A DNA stretch of 64,000 nucleotides from assembly GCA_051294905.1 (NCBI GenBank), contig CM119380.1, forward strand, positions 14,632,001-14,696,000. Direction: 5' to 3'. The stretch's first letter is position 1. Every line of letters begins with the position of its first letter. Below the pieces are notes generated by a model. That model was not told the origin of the DNA and ran no database searches. It was given only the letters and a program-made list of their open reading frames with translations. Shown piece by piece: positions 24,906 through 37,960 of the stretch. This DNA is from Botryllus schlosseri. Its lineage: Eukaryota. A program made the position numbers and the translations under genes.

Positions 24906-25417
24906 TGTAGCCGCAACCCGCAGATCGCGCCACAGGGTGGATTGAAATATCTGGCTGCTTATATTCCCTTTCGGCACAGAGAAAAAGACTCGCTTTGTTG
25001 GTGCGTGTTTTCTATTAAAAATGAAATACAATCAGCATTGGCAAGTACGTACTAAGCTAATCAAATACAAAGCATCTTACTTGACAATGTGTCTTCCGGG
25101 TTTTTTAGTTTATTTTATTTATAGATTTACAGATTTACTTTGACTGTAACGAGATATCAAGACAGTGAGACAATGAATGGATTAGCCTAACTAGCCCTAT
25201 TCTAGAAATGCAATAAACCTAACTATTCCTATTCTAATAACTGAACTAATGCCAAAACGATCCTACATCTAACGCACGTGCACTAAACAGTGAATTTCAC
25301 CACGATACGTCAGACCTAGTTACCGCTATGAGGTAACAATGACACAGAGTCCACTTTCTTGCTCGGCGGGAGTGTGAAGGAGCCACAGCGACACCTTAGG
25401 GCCGTACGGCGGCTACA
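24906..25417 (-). repeat. 5' LTR of full-length BEL element
   Basis: TG...CA ends; 63 nt upstream of the gag ATG. Confidence 0.95.
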
Positions 25418-25548
25418 CTACTACATCAACTGTTGGTGCATATTATAAACGTGGGCCTACCACAGCCGATAGTACCTTATGCTGTGATTACCGGTATGGT
25501 ATTTTTACAGACTGTACAGAATTCGATAGTATACTTTGTCAGCAAAAT

Positions 25549-25835
25549 ATGAGGACGGAAAATTTCAACAGACGAGAAAAGTTTAGAATAATTGAATTAT
25601 TAGAATAATATATTGAAACCATGGAAAACAAAAAGACAGATGGCAAAACAACAAAACAAAAGATGTTGCCTGGGATGTAATCAGTAAGAAAAATTGGCCA
25701 AATCCAGAATGTATGGAAAAGTTTGGAAACAAAAAGCAATAAAGATTCCTACGCATCACGACGCGTCGAACGAGCAAAAGCTGGCGGCGGCCCACCGCCA
25801 CCCTCAGTTGATGACATTTATGGAAAAGATTTTCG
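25549..25835 (+). pseudogene. Decayed Myb/SANT-like (Myb_DNA-bind_5 type) gene of Harbinger-2
   Basis: MRTENFNRREKFRIIELLE*YIETMENKKTDGKTTKQK, frameshift, DVAWDVIS ... RRVERAKAGGGPPPP. Confidence 0.75.
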
Positions 25836-27184
25836 GTAGGTAACATTACAAGCAATTCTTTAAAATTTGCAGTTGGTGATGTATTGTTTCCATCTGTGTT
25901 TATTGTGACTCTCAGCGTGCTTCATATTCGCATTTCAACGCTCGTTTCGAACTGAATAGACAAATTTTGATGACTATGGACAACATGATTTCATTGTCTT
26001 TTTGTAATTCCCAACAAACTAATCATATCCAGAGTCTGCTGCACATTAGCTATACGAAAATGACACATGGGGAACACTGCTCGGCATATTCGACTGTGAA
26101 CCGCTCCTTGATTAATCTGCAATTGTTTTTCATAACACTTGTATATTTATTATCACTTTTCAGACCATATCCCATCTCAAATTGAATGTCTGAAACATCC
26201 GTATGACAACGATACCGTATTGGATCTACAAAAACAACTGTGAGTACATTTAGGACATCAACTTTTTAATATGTTGCAACCAACGGCAGAGAAACTTGCA
26301 TCCTATTTTAATTTGAAACAGTCTGGCTTTGCAATGCTACTGTGCAGGCGCCTGAGCCATATCATTTACCATATTATTGTTAGGCTTGCAACTTGAATTG
26401 GAAATTTGAATTTGAGTCAGGATTTCTCATATATCACATTAAAGAAGTGACTGGAGTCAAATCAATTCATGCCATTCGAAACCGGTAATTTTGACCCGAG
26501 TCAAGTCATGATTTTACTCATTCATCCTTCCTCGCGAGGTTAAGATGAAAAAATAATTTGAAAGTAACTTTTCTAATGTATTTCTAACTAAAATTTTTAT
26601 TCAGATGCATATTCCAAAGACTCAGTTTGCACCTTCATCATCGACGAGGATGTGAGCGCAGAGGCTGGTTCTTTATGTCACAACAGCGATGGTGAGTTGA
26701 GGTACTAATTTGAAATCCATTTGAGTCATGTTAGTACCAACATAGCCACACGAGTACTTCAAATATATAACATTGCGGTTGTTTTGATTGACAATAACAT
26801 TGCTCTATTGAACTATTGAATCGATACCATAGTTTTCTTGAAAATTGCTGCCCTTTTCGTTGTTGATGGCGATGTGACGCTTCTGTCAGTTCCCTCGACA
26901 GACTTCCCCAGTAAACACAGTACAGACCAAAGATGTAGAAAAGCCGAGCCGATATAGTAGATATTAGATCTCGGCAGGTCGTAGAAAGGGGGATTTTGTG
27001 TCGACTCAATTCAATGTCTTTTCTATGTCCTTCAATAATGTAAATATTATGCAGATGCTACAGCCTTTAAACATGGTGAGTAGAATGTAGATCCTACATT
27101 AGAAGAAGATCCTGATATAATAACCTGTTTTCTACCACTGGGCATAACCTGATCACGGCTGCGTACACACACCACATTATCTAC

Positions 27185-28124
27185 CAGTGTTGGGATGACT
27201 CGAGTCATGACTTGACTCGAGTCAGACTCGAGTCAACTTTTTCGTATGACTTGACTTGACTCGAGTCGCTTTGGAAAAATGACTTGACTTGACTTGACTC
27301 GAAGCTTCAAAAATGCGCATTGACTCGTGACTCGGAGCAAAATTTACGAGTCAATTTCAAGTCATCAAGTAAACGGTGTCGAATAAATCACTGTATCTTG
27401 TGTATGTTCGGATTGTTCGAGATACGCCGGTGTCACTTGTGAGTGTAACCAGTCATTCACTGATCGTACGATACCCTGATCCTCGATTGTTAGATCACAA
27501 ATAAAGAGACCGCAAACTAAACAATCACAGCTTACGTTGACGTCGTAGAAGTAGAAGATTACTCTAAATAGCAATGTGTCTCTGTTTCTTAGACGGATCG
27601 ATGCTTACGTTGCGCAGTGCTCACCTTTACCAACCTTTATGTATGATATAAATCAAACAAATATAGTTCGTGCGTTTTTTACTCACGGATATGTAGATGT
27701 AGATTAGGTCCTATATTTTGGCTGATAATAACCGACTGTGGCATGTGACCGTACAGTTACTCACGTATTTTATTAACAGTTCTACGTGTGCGCGAGTGAT
27801 GCAACGTCTTTTCGCATGTATATTTAACTAGATATTCGTTATTTGATTCAAGATAAATGATCATCATTGATCAATTAATCTGTCTTTCACACAGCTAGCA
27901 AAGTGTAATGACTTTGAATCATCACTCATACATCGAAAATTCTATTTGACTTGAATTGTGACTTGACTTGACTCGACTTGACTCGAGTCACCTCCAAAAA
28001 ACGAGTGACTTGACTTGACTCGAGTCACCTTTGAAAATCGATTGACTTGACTTGACTCGAGTCAAAATCTGCAATGACTCGAGATGACTCGTGACTCGAA
28101 GGTAATGACTCGATCCCAACACTG
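27185..28124. mobile_element. hAT-type MITE, 940 bp
   Basis: TIR CAGTGTTGGGAT / ATCCCAACACTG; perfect TSD TTATCTAC; subterminal (TTGAC)n and GACTCGAGTC arrays. Confidence 0.92.
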
Positions 28125-29022
28125 TTATCTACTACATATTAATCACATTTGTGGTAATTTAATTGTAAACGAATTGGCAATAATGCCGTTGTAAAAAATG
28201 AAACGAACAAACGAAGGAATGCCCGAAGAAAGAAACTGAAAACAGTCCGTATCATCAGGTTTCATCTTCTGATGAGCTGGATAAATAACCCTGCGGCCTT
28301 TTCTTTTCAACACCCTGCAGAAATAAAATGACGATTAATAGCTAAGACATTCGTACTGCGAAAATGGCAGAGGTAGCGAGTAACGAATGACTCCTACATT
28401 TTTTTCGCCCATACTTAATAAAATCGATTTGATTATTCAAGATTACTCAAGTTTTCAAGTTTTTTTTTTATTATATTTTTTATTATTATATGACTAGAGA
28501 ACTGACTTCAATCGCCACTTCTACTTGATTATCAAGATCAACGCTGACTACTTCAGCAATCTTTGAAAACAGCCACTAACACAAAATGAATTCTTGACTA
28601 AAATTTCGTCACATTCTGTCAAAAATGATCAATTCAACAATCCAAACGAATCAGTTATTTGGCAGCTAGTTGGAGAGATATATACTCAAGTCTAGAAAGT
28701 GGAATGATACTCTGCCTGGAAAGCTGAAGACCTAACAATATTGTGTACAGAGAACAAAACATTTGAGTGGCGGCACTGGTATAGACATTAACAAATTATT
28801 AGAATTGACAGCAAGATAACCAGCAAGACATTAAAATGAGAATTAGTGCAGTTTCTTAGGCTGTAGTGATACTCAGCCAGTAATTGACCTAGCAGAGAGC
28901 AAAACGTTGTAAAAAAAGCGAGCGAAACCTCCGACAAATGATACGATAAAACATTAGAATCGACAGTCTTACTAGAAGCAGAATAACAATCATGAGGGGT
29001 TAGAGAACAGAAGCCCGGGAAG

Positions 29023-31079
29023 CAGGGCTGTGGAGTCGGAGTCGGAGTCGGTGGAGTCGGAGTCGGAGTCGGGGTAATTTTCGCTTGATGGAGTCGGAGT
29101 CGGAGTCGTGAAAACTATGATAGCTGGAGTCGGAGTCGGTGAGAAAATACTGACTGGAGTCGGAGTCGGAGTTTGTGAGAATGACTATGACTTCGACTCC
29201 GACTCCAACTTCTCTATCATGAAAACATTTGCTTTCAAAGAATTTTCAATAGAATTTTTATGTACCAATAATCACTGTTATTATTAACCATACAGATCAG
29301 GTGCGGCCAGCACGTGGTACGCAGGCCAAATTTGGCACACGATAAGGTTAGGTGTGGCCTGCGAGGTAATTCTCGAAATTATTTATGACATCAGGTACAA
29401 TTGCAAGGCCAACCAAAATTTGATTAGCATGACCGCCGAATTTGATGATGACTAAAACAACAGTTCTGACGCATTGACGTATCCAGGGGTCAGCCACATT
29501 TATTCCAGATCTTTGTATATGACCATGACCATGAAGTAGAATATTTCATAGCAGATTTATTTGACTTGAAATTTTTCTCGGTACTTCGCATGATTCATTG
29601 TCACTAGATTTCTTGCATTCCGTATTGGAGCCCCCTTTTGAAAATTATAAGTACATATTGTTCACAGAATTGAGTCTAACTATATTCGCAATTATGAGAT
29701 ACGGCTTCGCTTGTGCACTCGCAGCGAGATCGTCGACAAAACATTTGCACAAAGTGATAGAGGCATGTTCACTGATACCGTCGATTTTGCTATGTCTAAA
29801 CGTCGAATAATCCTGTCCTTGCCAAATGAGCCCAGTGGTATACAGATGCGACGCCCAATGTATGTTAGCGACATATTTATTGATATAGCTATAGCCTAAT
29901 TCAGTCGTTATCTTGAAAAAAAATTTCGTGCTTCGCGCGACCAGGGCCTGATTGCGCACTGCACAGTTGCATGACATATTGTTATCAATTTTAGAGCGTA
30001 TTAATATAAGTCTTGTTTGCAATGTTACCTAATTCGGTTCGCTCCTATCGACGACTAAAAAAAGGTTATCAACATTCCAGTTGCCGGCGCAATGGTTCGT
30101 AAATCTCAGGTGTCCCTTTCGCTGAAAAAGTTGCCCACCCCTGATATAGATTAAATTAGACATTACTGGCAAATTACAACTCAGTTGCAGAGGGGAAGAA
30201 AATCGCAATATGCGTTTTCGCGATGCAGTCAAAATTGATGAACTTTTTGGAATGATACCATGATACTGTGTGACAAAGAAAATGCATCGGCTGGTTTTGT
30301 AAAATTGTAAAAATGATGTAAATATGACCAAACGGTGTTTCCCACTTGACAAAATTAAAAATATTTGTACTGTAGCTTAGCTGTTTGGGTCGAACAAATG
30401 ATTAAGAAAGACTGCAAGTCCCAATCCTTGAATACTTGATTAAGTACATGTAGACTAGACATAGGCTATGGTCTTTGACTACTTAACTAAATTCCATTTA
30501 TGACCAATGTCTATTATTAGTATAGTAAGAGTGTTTGTGCTTGTAATCAGGATAGTGTGCAATTACAAAATTAGTAAGTTCAGTTTCTTTATTAGTTGCT
30601 GAGTCATACACAAGAGCTACACTTGGATTTTTTATCTACATTTTTATTATACAGGATTGGATATCTGCCATATTTGAATGATTCATACATTTCAGGATAC
30701 TAGAGACTCCATGTTATAAAAACTTGAATAAGGAAGGATATTTAGCAAATCTTTATTTCATGTTAATTGCTTAGTGGATAATTCGAGCTGTGCCACAATG
30801 AAACAATTTAGCATGCCACAGTTAATCATATGTTTGCATATGTTTAATGGTTGTATGATAGTCATTCAATCGACAATGTGGCATATAATTTTCGAAGTAA
30901 ATTGGTAATAATGGTGGAGTCGGAGTCGGGAGTCGGAGTCGGTACGTTTAAAGACCCAGAAGTCGGAGTCGGAGTCGGCACATTTAAAGACTCAGGAGTC
31001 GGAGTCGGAGTCGGTATATTGAAAATGTGTGGAGTCGGAGCCGGAGTCGGTGGTAAAATTTACCGACTCCACAGCCCTG
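29023..31079. mobile_element. hAT-type MITE with (GGAGTC)n subterminal arrays, 2057 bp including a nested insertion
   Basis: TIR CAGGGCTGTGGAGTCGG / CCGACTCCACAGCCCTG; perfect TSD CCGGGAAG. Confidence 0.92.
29298..30143. mobile_element. Nested hAT-type MITE
   Basis: Imperfect TIR CAGGTGCGGCCA vs CAGGGGTGGGCA; TSD ATACAGAT/ATATAGAT (7/8). Confidence 0.6.
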
Positions 31080-32522
31080 CCGGGAAGTGACCATCAGAAA
31101 TTACTGCATACTGGCCGAACAAATCCATGACACTAACAAATGGTCTTTTAATAGTCAATATTGATACCAAATGACACCACCCCTATTTCACCGCAACATT
31201 TAGCAAATACAGCGCTGGAGTCAACCTTATATAAGCGCTAACCAAACGCCCATTAGTTTTCCCACCTACTACTTCGCGCTTCGCGGATGGAAATACGCAT
31301 TAAAGCGAATGGACGCGACTTGTCACACTCTTGGTATTTCTGCTCCCTTTTTCTCTTCCTTCCTCTTGAGGAGAGAAACAGTCGGCCGCGTTTCCGGATC
31401 GTGAATTCCCGGCTTAAGGGTGATTCTTCCTCCAATGGTCAGCACCTTGAAAATTGAGAACAATGTTGTTGCAAAATGCATGACAATTTGAAAGTTACAT
31501 CATTCTAATTATTCCAGTTATGGCCGTGAATCGTTACAAGTGCGGTAACCATAAGAATTATTACTATACTTCAACTACAAAGACAATATATTGTATAAAA
31601 TAATTACCAATTCTTTTACGTTGATCGAGTCCCAAATAGATGAAATATGTCAAAGAATTTGCTAAAAATTTTTGTATAATTTGACAGATTCCGAAATTTC
31701 TCAAAGTGCACCTTTCAAAAATTTGATATCAAGACTCCCAGCATTTTACAATTCGAAGTTGGATGGCTTTACCAGTACAAGCGAACAGTTTGTATCGCAA
31801 TTGACAATTATGTAGAGAACGCTGCGAGACATGTGAGTAGGCCTACCCTAAAACGTTTCTCTGACATGGACATTAGGGCTCTTAAAAATGACTTTTTTTC
31901 TCAAATCGTTCTGGCTACTTGATAAAATTGTTAGGTTACCTAATTCAAGCCTACACACCAAATTTGGTTCAATTCCAAACAGTAGCCGCATTGCTACAGG
32001 AAAAGAAAGTTTTTATTTATTATTTAAAAATAAATAGAAAAAATTGAAAAAATTTCTGTTCACCCCATGAAAGTGTTAGGTTATGCATAGAAACGATGTT
32101 CATCAAATTTGGTTCGATTCAAACAAGTGGAAGCGGAGTTATTGCCATCGAAAAATTTGGATTTGAATAAAATAGTATTTACGGTGGGCACCACTATAAT
32201 AAATAATTGAAGAATTGTGCCACGCTGTCATACTGTTTTACGCAACTGTTATTATACACTGCATTGTTGCTGTGTTCTGGCTCCATTGATGTTATTTCTA
32301 AATTCGACATTAATGCGTCATAATTCTCCATCTGGTTTTGAATTAAACTCTGTTTTGCTTCCTTTATCGTGCCGGTAGCTCTTTAATTGGCAAGCGAAAA
32401 GTTCTTCGGGTTTCAATAACGTTTATCATGAAGGTACTTTTGAAAGCAGTATTAAAATTTTGTACCACCAACCAGTTATTTAATTACTATTTATCTTCAA
32501 AGTAAATGCTCATTGCATGAAG

Positions 32523-32998
32523 CAGGGTTGTAAGACTCGAGTCACGATTTTCTGTTGACTCGACTTGACTCGGGTCATCTTCTCAAAGTACGGAAATGAC
32601 TCGACTCATTGCGCATGACTTGAGACTCAGACGGCCAAGACCGACATTTCATGGTTATTTCAAAGAATAGTACAGCAAATCGCTATTGGGATTTTGTCTA
32701 TCGATACTGGTAAAACTGCTAAAAGTAAGGAAAATTCGTATATTATAAATGCGACCCACTCGATATCACAAAAAAAAATATAAAAAGTTGGTTTAACAAG
32801 ACTTAAATTGGAAACTGAGCAGATAACACAATGACTTAGACTCTGGCCCGAGTCATAATACCATAACTCGGACTTGGACCTCTGCTCGCTGACTTGGACT
32901 CGGACTTGACCCGGTGGTGAATTGAAAATGACTCGAGTCAAAACTATAAAGTGAGATTGACTTGTGACTCGGAGCCTTGTGACTTGGTTACAACCCTG
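32523..32998. mobile_element. hAT-type MITE, 476 bp
   Basis: TIR CAGGGTTGTAA / TTACAACCCTG; perfect TSD GCATGAAG. Confidence 0.92.
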
Positions 32999-33713
32999 GC
33001 ATGAAGCCTCAATAATTACATGAGTGGGGTGACTAGACAAAGAACACAGTCACATTTGCAGCATATCATGAATGTCTCTTACTATATGTGATCTTGTTCA
33101 AATAGAGGTTGATGAAAGCGTATTTCCCATTCTTTCCGACTCTGCAATAACTACACCAGACTGGGAACCTTCTTCAGGATGCTTCTTGCTGAATGACCAA
33201 TATTGTCGCTGTCAACGGTACGAGTGCAAATGTCTGATACGTCAATATAGGAACAGAATTAGTTGACTGTTCATGACCGTCCACGTTCAGAGTTGCATCT
33301 CAAAGATGCTAAAATAAGCCTAAATATAATCCAAGCAATACGATCGTCCACTTTGACTGACTGAATTTCTAAAAATAATAAACATAACACCTAGATAGCT
33401 TCCACATCTTACGTTTATATATACCGTCTGCTATCGGCACAACAAAGTATTTAAAAATAACAAAACAGATTCAACATACCACATATCTTGCAAAGGCTTT
33501 TGCTTTCATTCAATATGTCATCAAACTTCTTTAAATCCTCCTTTGTGGTGAGTGGCTTTTGAATTATTCTAGGATCAATTCCGATATCGTTTTATCATAT
33601 ACAATCTATGGCGGAATAAAAGTTTCGGATAAGTTCTGAAACACACAATTTTCCACACAAAAGTCAATTGCCACACGAAATGCCAAATGCTACGGTCCCA
33701 TTTTACAAGGTAT

Positions 33714-33900
33714 GGCGAGGTAACGTAGTGGTACGTTCCATTATAGCTAAACACCAATGAATTGCGGGTTCGAGCCTGACACGGCGACTCCATAATTCCT
33801 ACCGAAGTGTTGGCCGTTTATCTAGGCTCCTCCTCGCCATCTGATCCGCATAGCCATGTCTTAAAAAGCCTAGGAGTGGGCCATGCTATAAGTGGACAGA
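33714..33900 (+). mobile_element. Possible decayed tRNA-derived SINE
   Basis: A-box-like TAGTGGTA (~33726) and B-box-like GGTTCGAGCC (33767-33776); no convincing cloverleaf; end approximate. Confidence 0.35.
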
Positions 33901-33901
33901 T

Positions 33902-34751
33902 GGTTGCCGATGAACTCGGCACTTGGTGAATTCGGCCCTCGGGAAATTTTGTAATGAAGTGTATTAACAGCTATTAATATGAATTATTAAACTAATAATA
34001 GTAATATCAAGTGATTCGTCAATCTTGTAAGGAGGTCAGGGCATCCGTAGATCATGCAGTCACGGCGTGATTAGATCACGGATTGCATAGCCGCGGGAAA
34101 TAACGCAGCGCTCATATACCGACCACGCGCGGTCTGCTTGGAATCGATGGCGCGAGTGACGGGACTATGTCGTGTAAGTTTTGAGAAGATGGATCTTGGC
34201 GTTGTATGTGAGATCGAAACCGTGGAAGATCAAGCGGCGCTTCTTCGTTTATCGATCACGACAAGCCAGTGTTCCTCATCAACAAATGTTTCGCATGATC
34301 ACGTCAAAATAAATTATTTTTTGCCTTTGGAGAGACGATTCCACTCTGGAGTTAGGGTGTCTCGATAACAGGGTTGACGGATCCCGAGATTACGAGATCT
34401 ACCGCGAGCCACGACACGTTTCAATTTCCTTTTTGATACTGTTCATTCATATTAAATGCATTTCTAATGCGAAGGTGTTCTAGTGCCAATTCCTCCAAGG
34501 GCCGAGTTCACCAAGTGAAGAGCGTCGCGTTATTTCCCGCGATTACGCAATCTGTGATCTAATCACGCATTGACTGTGTGTTCTACGCATGCCCTGACCC
34601 CGTACAACATTGACAACCACGTAAAGTGCCAAGTTCACCGGCAAACATTTCAGTAACCAATCATGGTGACCGGTACCGCTATTCCGGCCGAATTCACCAA
34701 GTGCCGAGTTTGTGCGGCCGAATTCACTAAGTGCCGAGTTCACTGGTAATC
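33902..34751. mobile_element. Foldback-type non-autonomous DNA element with nested inverted arms
   Basis: Outer arms with GAACTCGGCACTT(G/A)GTGAATTCGGCC inverted; candidate TSD GGACAGAT/GGGCAGAT; inner ~100-bp inverted arms ~34010-34113 vs ~34519-34620. Confidence 0.6.
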
Positions 34752-36454
34752 GGGCAGATACGGAATGATAATAATAAGAACCGGCCTGGTGTAAAATGAC
34801 CAGTGTAGTCGAACCACCACCATGAACACCACAAACAAACATCTAACATGGAAAAGAAATTACCTTTACAGCCTATGACAAACACAGTTACCATTGAAAC
34901 CAGCAATTTAGGTCTTATTCGAAAGCAGAATAACAACTGTTTTAGCGGACATATCAAATCAAATGTTGGAAAGTTCATGTAAATTAGCCCAAAATATTAT
35001 CTTACTGTGACCATATTCTATCAATATGGTCTGGCTAGCCAAATTCTCGGGGCCAACATAAATACAAGCTGCGTTTGGTTTCAACGATTAATAATCTTGT
35101 CACTGGATTCGAGGTATAATTGCACTCAAATATCAAATTTTGCTCCATTAATCAACATCAAGTTGAAAATGTCCATTCTTGCACCAACTTTTATAAAATC
35201 ACGAATCGGTGTTCTACAGGTATGTATCTATATTGACTTATATACCTAGAAAATTCAAGCATAAATATTACCGTATGATATGCCGTAGGTATAGGTACCG
35301 GTAATTCAGATGTTTGAAGCGACTTGGACAACTAGATAATTATAGTGGTCTAATTTCACTAAATTAGAGCGAAATGCCAGCAATATAATTGTAATCTAAT
35401 TCGGAAAAAACGGTTTAGCTCTAATTCTAACCTGGAAAAGCTGAAACTTTTCTATAGTTGTCTACACCTGTTTTGCAGAAAGTCAAACAGCTCTAGGCGT
35501 CATATACTACAGGCAATTCGAAATACCCCATAAGCTATATGCTACTGCGTATATACCTTTAACCCGCTACCTCAGTCAGTCACAATTCCTATATATTTAC
35601 GGCATTTACCATACAGAAAGAGCGAACTATGCCTGGGTGCGACCTGTTGCGAGTCAAATCTTTGTCCGGCGCGATGACGTAAAATTTGAATCGCCGAAAT
35701 ATTCTAGAAGTCACGCATCGATAATCATAATCCTGAACGTACAACATCTCACTTATTTAGTTATTCTCTGAATAAAACTATTAGCCATACTCGTTGAACA
35801 TGCGAGATTACCGAAAGAGCGAATATATATATAATGAAGATCATATACATCAGAAGAAAACAAAACTGTTCGACCTTAGAGCAACAACACGAATATACAA
35901 CACCGGTGACATCCTCACGCAATAAAACGAAGGGAGAACATTGTTTTCTAATGGATAGAACGAAGCTACCGCATGAGATCGAACAAAACCGGATAGGAAT
36001 TCATCGTGATTGAATGTTCAGACAAAGTTATCCTTTCTACGTATTTTAGTCATACCCGCGAGAGATAGAAAATTTGCATTATTAGGTTAACTACCGGATA
36101 TAACGAAGCCTAATGCATGAGATGGGACAACACTGAGTATGAATTTATTCTGATTGAATATAACCACAAGACCATCCTACTACGTATTTTAGACATTCCC
36201 TCGACACTTAGAAAATCAGAACCTAATCGAGATGATCCCGGATGATCCTTTTACGGTTTTGTGTTTGCTGGGTGATCGTGATGGAACACCAGATCGGTAA
36301 GTGTTAGCATTAGCATACAATGATGGTGATGCAACGCATTAGCATACAATGATGGTAATGCAGAGAGAGAGAGAGAAAGATATGATATTCTTTCTCGCCT
36401 GCACCATCGAGATGCTTTGGCGACGGAGTTGCGATACGGCCCCATGAGGTCATC

Positions 36455-36627
36455 TAGTCTGCGCCCCCGTTTTTTTTCTCCTCCATGCTATCCGTGATTG
36501 CTGAGTGCCTAGCAGGATAGCTGCGGATACCATTTTTCGAGTCTTTGGTATGACCCGGCCGAGGATCGAACCTACGACCTACCGCTCGAGAAGCCGGACG
36601 CACAACCATTACACTATCTCGCTCGGC
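36455..36627 (-). mobile_element. tRNA-derived SINE
   Basis: Minus strand: A box TAGTGTAATGG, B box GGTTCGATCC, body GGGTCATACCAAAGAC...AAAAATGGTA, A-rich end. Confidence 0.75.
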
Positions 36628-37579
36628 AACCCAAAGTTTATTCATTACTGCATTCAGATATACAAGATGAAACAGAGAACACAAAAAGCTCAACAGCAAT
36701 TGTCTCAAAAAAAGAGCCAGAATTCAGTTTGGAAATACCAGGTGTGTTGAGGAAAAAAATCATATCTTAACTATAATGTTGGTAAGCAAAATGTGGTGTT
36801 CAGGAATGAGCGTCCTGGAAATGGCATGATATCAGAATGAAGTATTTTGAATTACAGATGCATGTCAAAAACCAGAAACGGAAATAAAAACTAGAAATGA
36901 CAAAAGAACTGCATGATTGAGAAAATACAGCAACGAATCGATATAGCACAAAGACCAAACTTGGACAACTAAAATAACTACTGTATCTGTAATTGTATTC
37001 CAATTTGAAAAATTCTGTGTCGCTACTACTATAATAATAGTCGAATTTTGAAAAGCTGATTTTCTAGTTGTCCAATTCTGAATACAGCATACTGTATCTT
37101 GTAATAAAAATAATTGACGACGAATTGAATATGTGGTTATTGATGTTCAAACACAAGATGAAATACTAAAGACATTCAAGAAAAGTGAAGTCGTGCTCGG
37201 TTGTGCCATCACGTTATCGGTGTCGCTAAACCTCCAGGGTATATTCCAATGGATTTGGTCTGTCTTTGACCAATCTGCTAGGCTCTCTAACATCCGGAGG
37301 GTAGCAAGAACATTGAGGTATGGACCGGACTCATTGTTATTCGATATTGCACTATATTAATATAGCTCTCTATAAAACAGGTTGTATTGAATTTTACGGT
37401 TGACCAATTTCTTGATAAACTAGTGAGGTTTGGCTGTCAACTAACAAGGTTACTCAACTGGGTAACAACAGAAAACTTTGCAAAATTGCAACATAAATTC
37501 ATAACTATTTGTACATCACTTGAGCACATGTATGCATATGACTTATTGTATGTTAACATTGTCGCATTGCATGACAGTC

Positions 37580-37960
37580 AGATAGCCTACTTGCAATGGC
37601 TAAAATTTACTTCTACACTCCTGCAGAGCCAATTGGTATTGATAGGGAGAAATCAAAATCTTACACAAATGAGTGTTCTACAGAATCTACACAGACGTTG
37701 TATGAACTCAATTTGTAAATCTTCACAAGCGGCTATCATGACTGATGCACCAATGAACGGAAAGTGAAATTCCATATGAAAATATCTAGTTCCATATATG
37801 CCTGAGTAATTGAGATAAATGTCCGGCAATAAACGAAATTTGTAGTAGAGTTTCTGGCATAGTGATACCGGCATAAGACGATGATTTTGGTACGCTATTC
37901 CTGCAATACCTCTTTTCATAACTTCAAAACGTTTGTTATGACGGGTTCTGACGAGGAAGA
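37580..37960 (-). pseudogene. Probable decayed Harbinger transposase N-terminus (Harbinger-2)
   Basis: Multi-frame fragments FEVMKRGIAGIAYQNHRLMPVSLCQKL..FR, YGISLSVHWCI and ECRSKF(Y)AIA resemble the Harbinger HTH region and pre-catalytic segment; many stops and frameshifts. Confidence 0.4.

Larger units (their letters stand above)
17972..25417 (-). mobile_element. Full-length BEL/Pao LTR retrotransposon, 7446 bp
   Basis: Two 512-bp TG...CA LTRs, 5-bp TSD CTACT (17967-17971, 25418-25422), single gag-pol ORF, PPT AGGGGCCAGGA next to the 3' LTR. Confidence 0.97.

Noticed and set aside
18727-24910. Many 60-105-aa plus-strand ORFs over the BEL element, and similar ones over pPolB, capsid and hAT genes
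   Set aside because: Antisense or alternate-frame shadows of long coding sequences, with no motifs.
28270-28330. CTGATGAG...GAAA as a hammerhead ribozyme
   Set aside because: I could not build stems I-III around the core.
29035-29175. Regular GGAGTC and TTGAC arrays (also 27.2, 28.0 and 30.9 kb) as CRISPR-like or coding repeats
   Set aside because: No unique spacers; they are subterminal repeats inside TSD-bounded hAT MITEs. The VGVGVG ORF 30851..31090 is their translation.
31400-32200. Possible further DNA-transposon remnant (TTAAGGG start, CCAAATTTGG repeats)
   Set aside because: No matching second end or TSD found.
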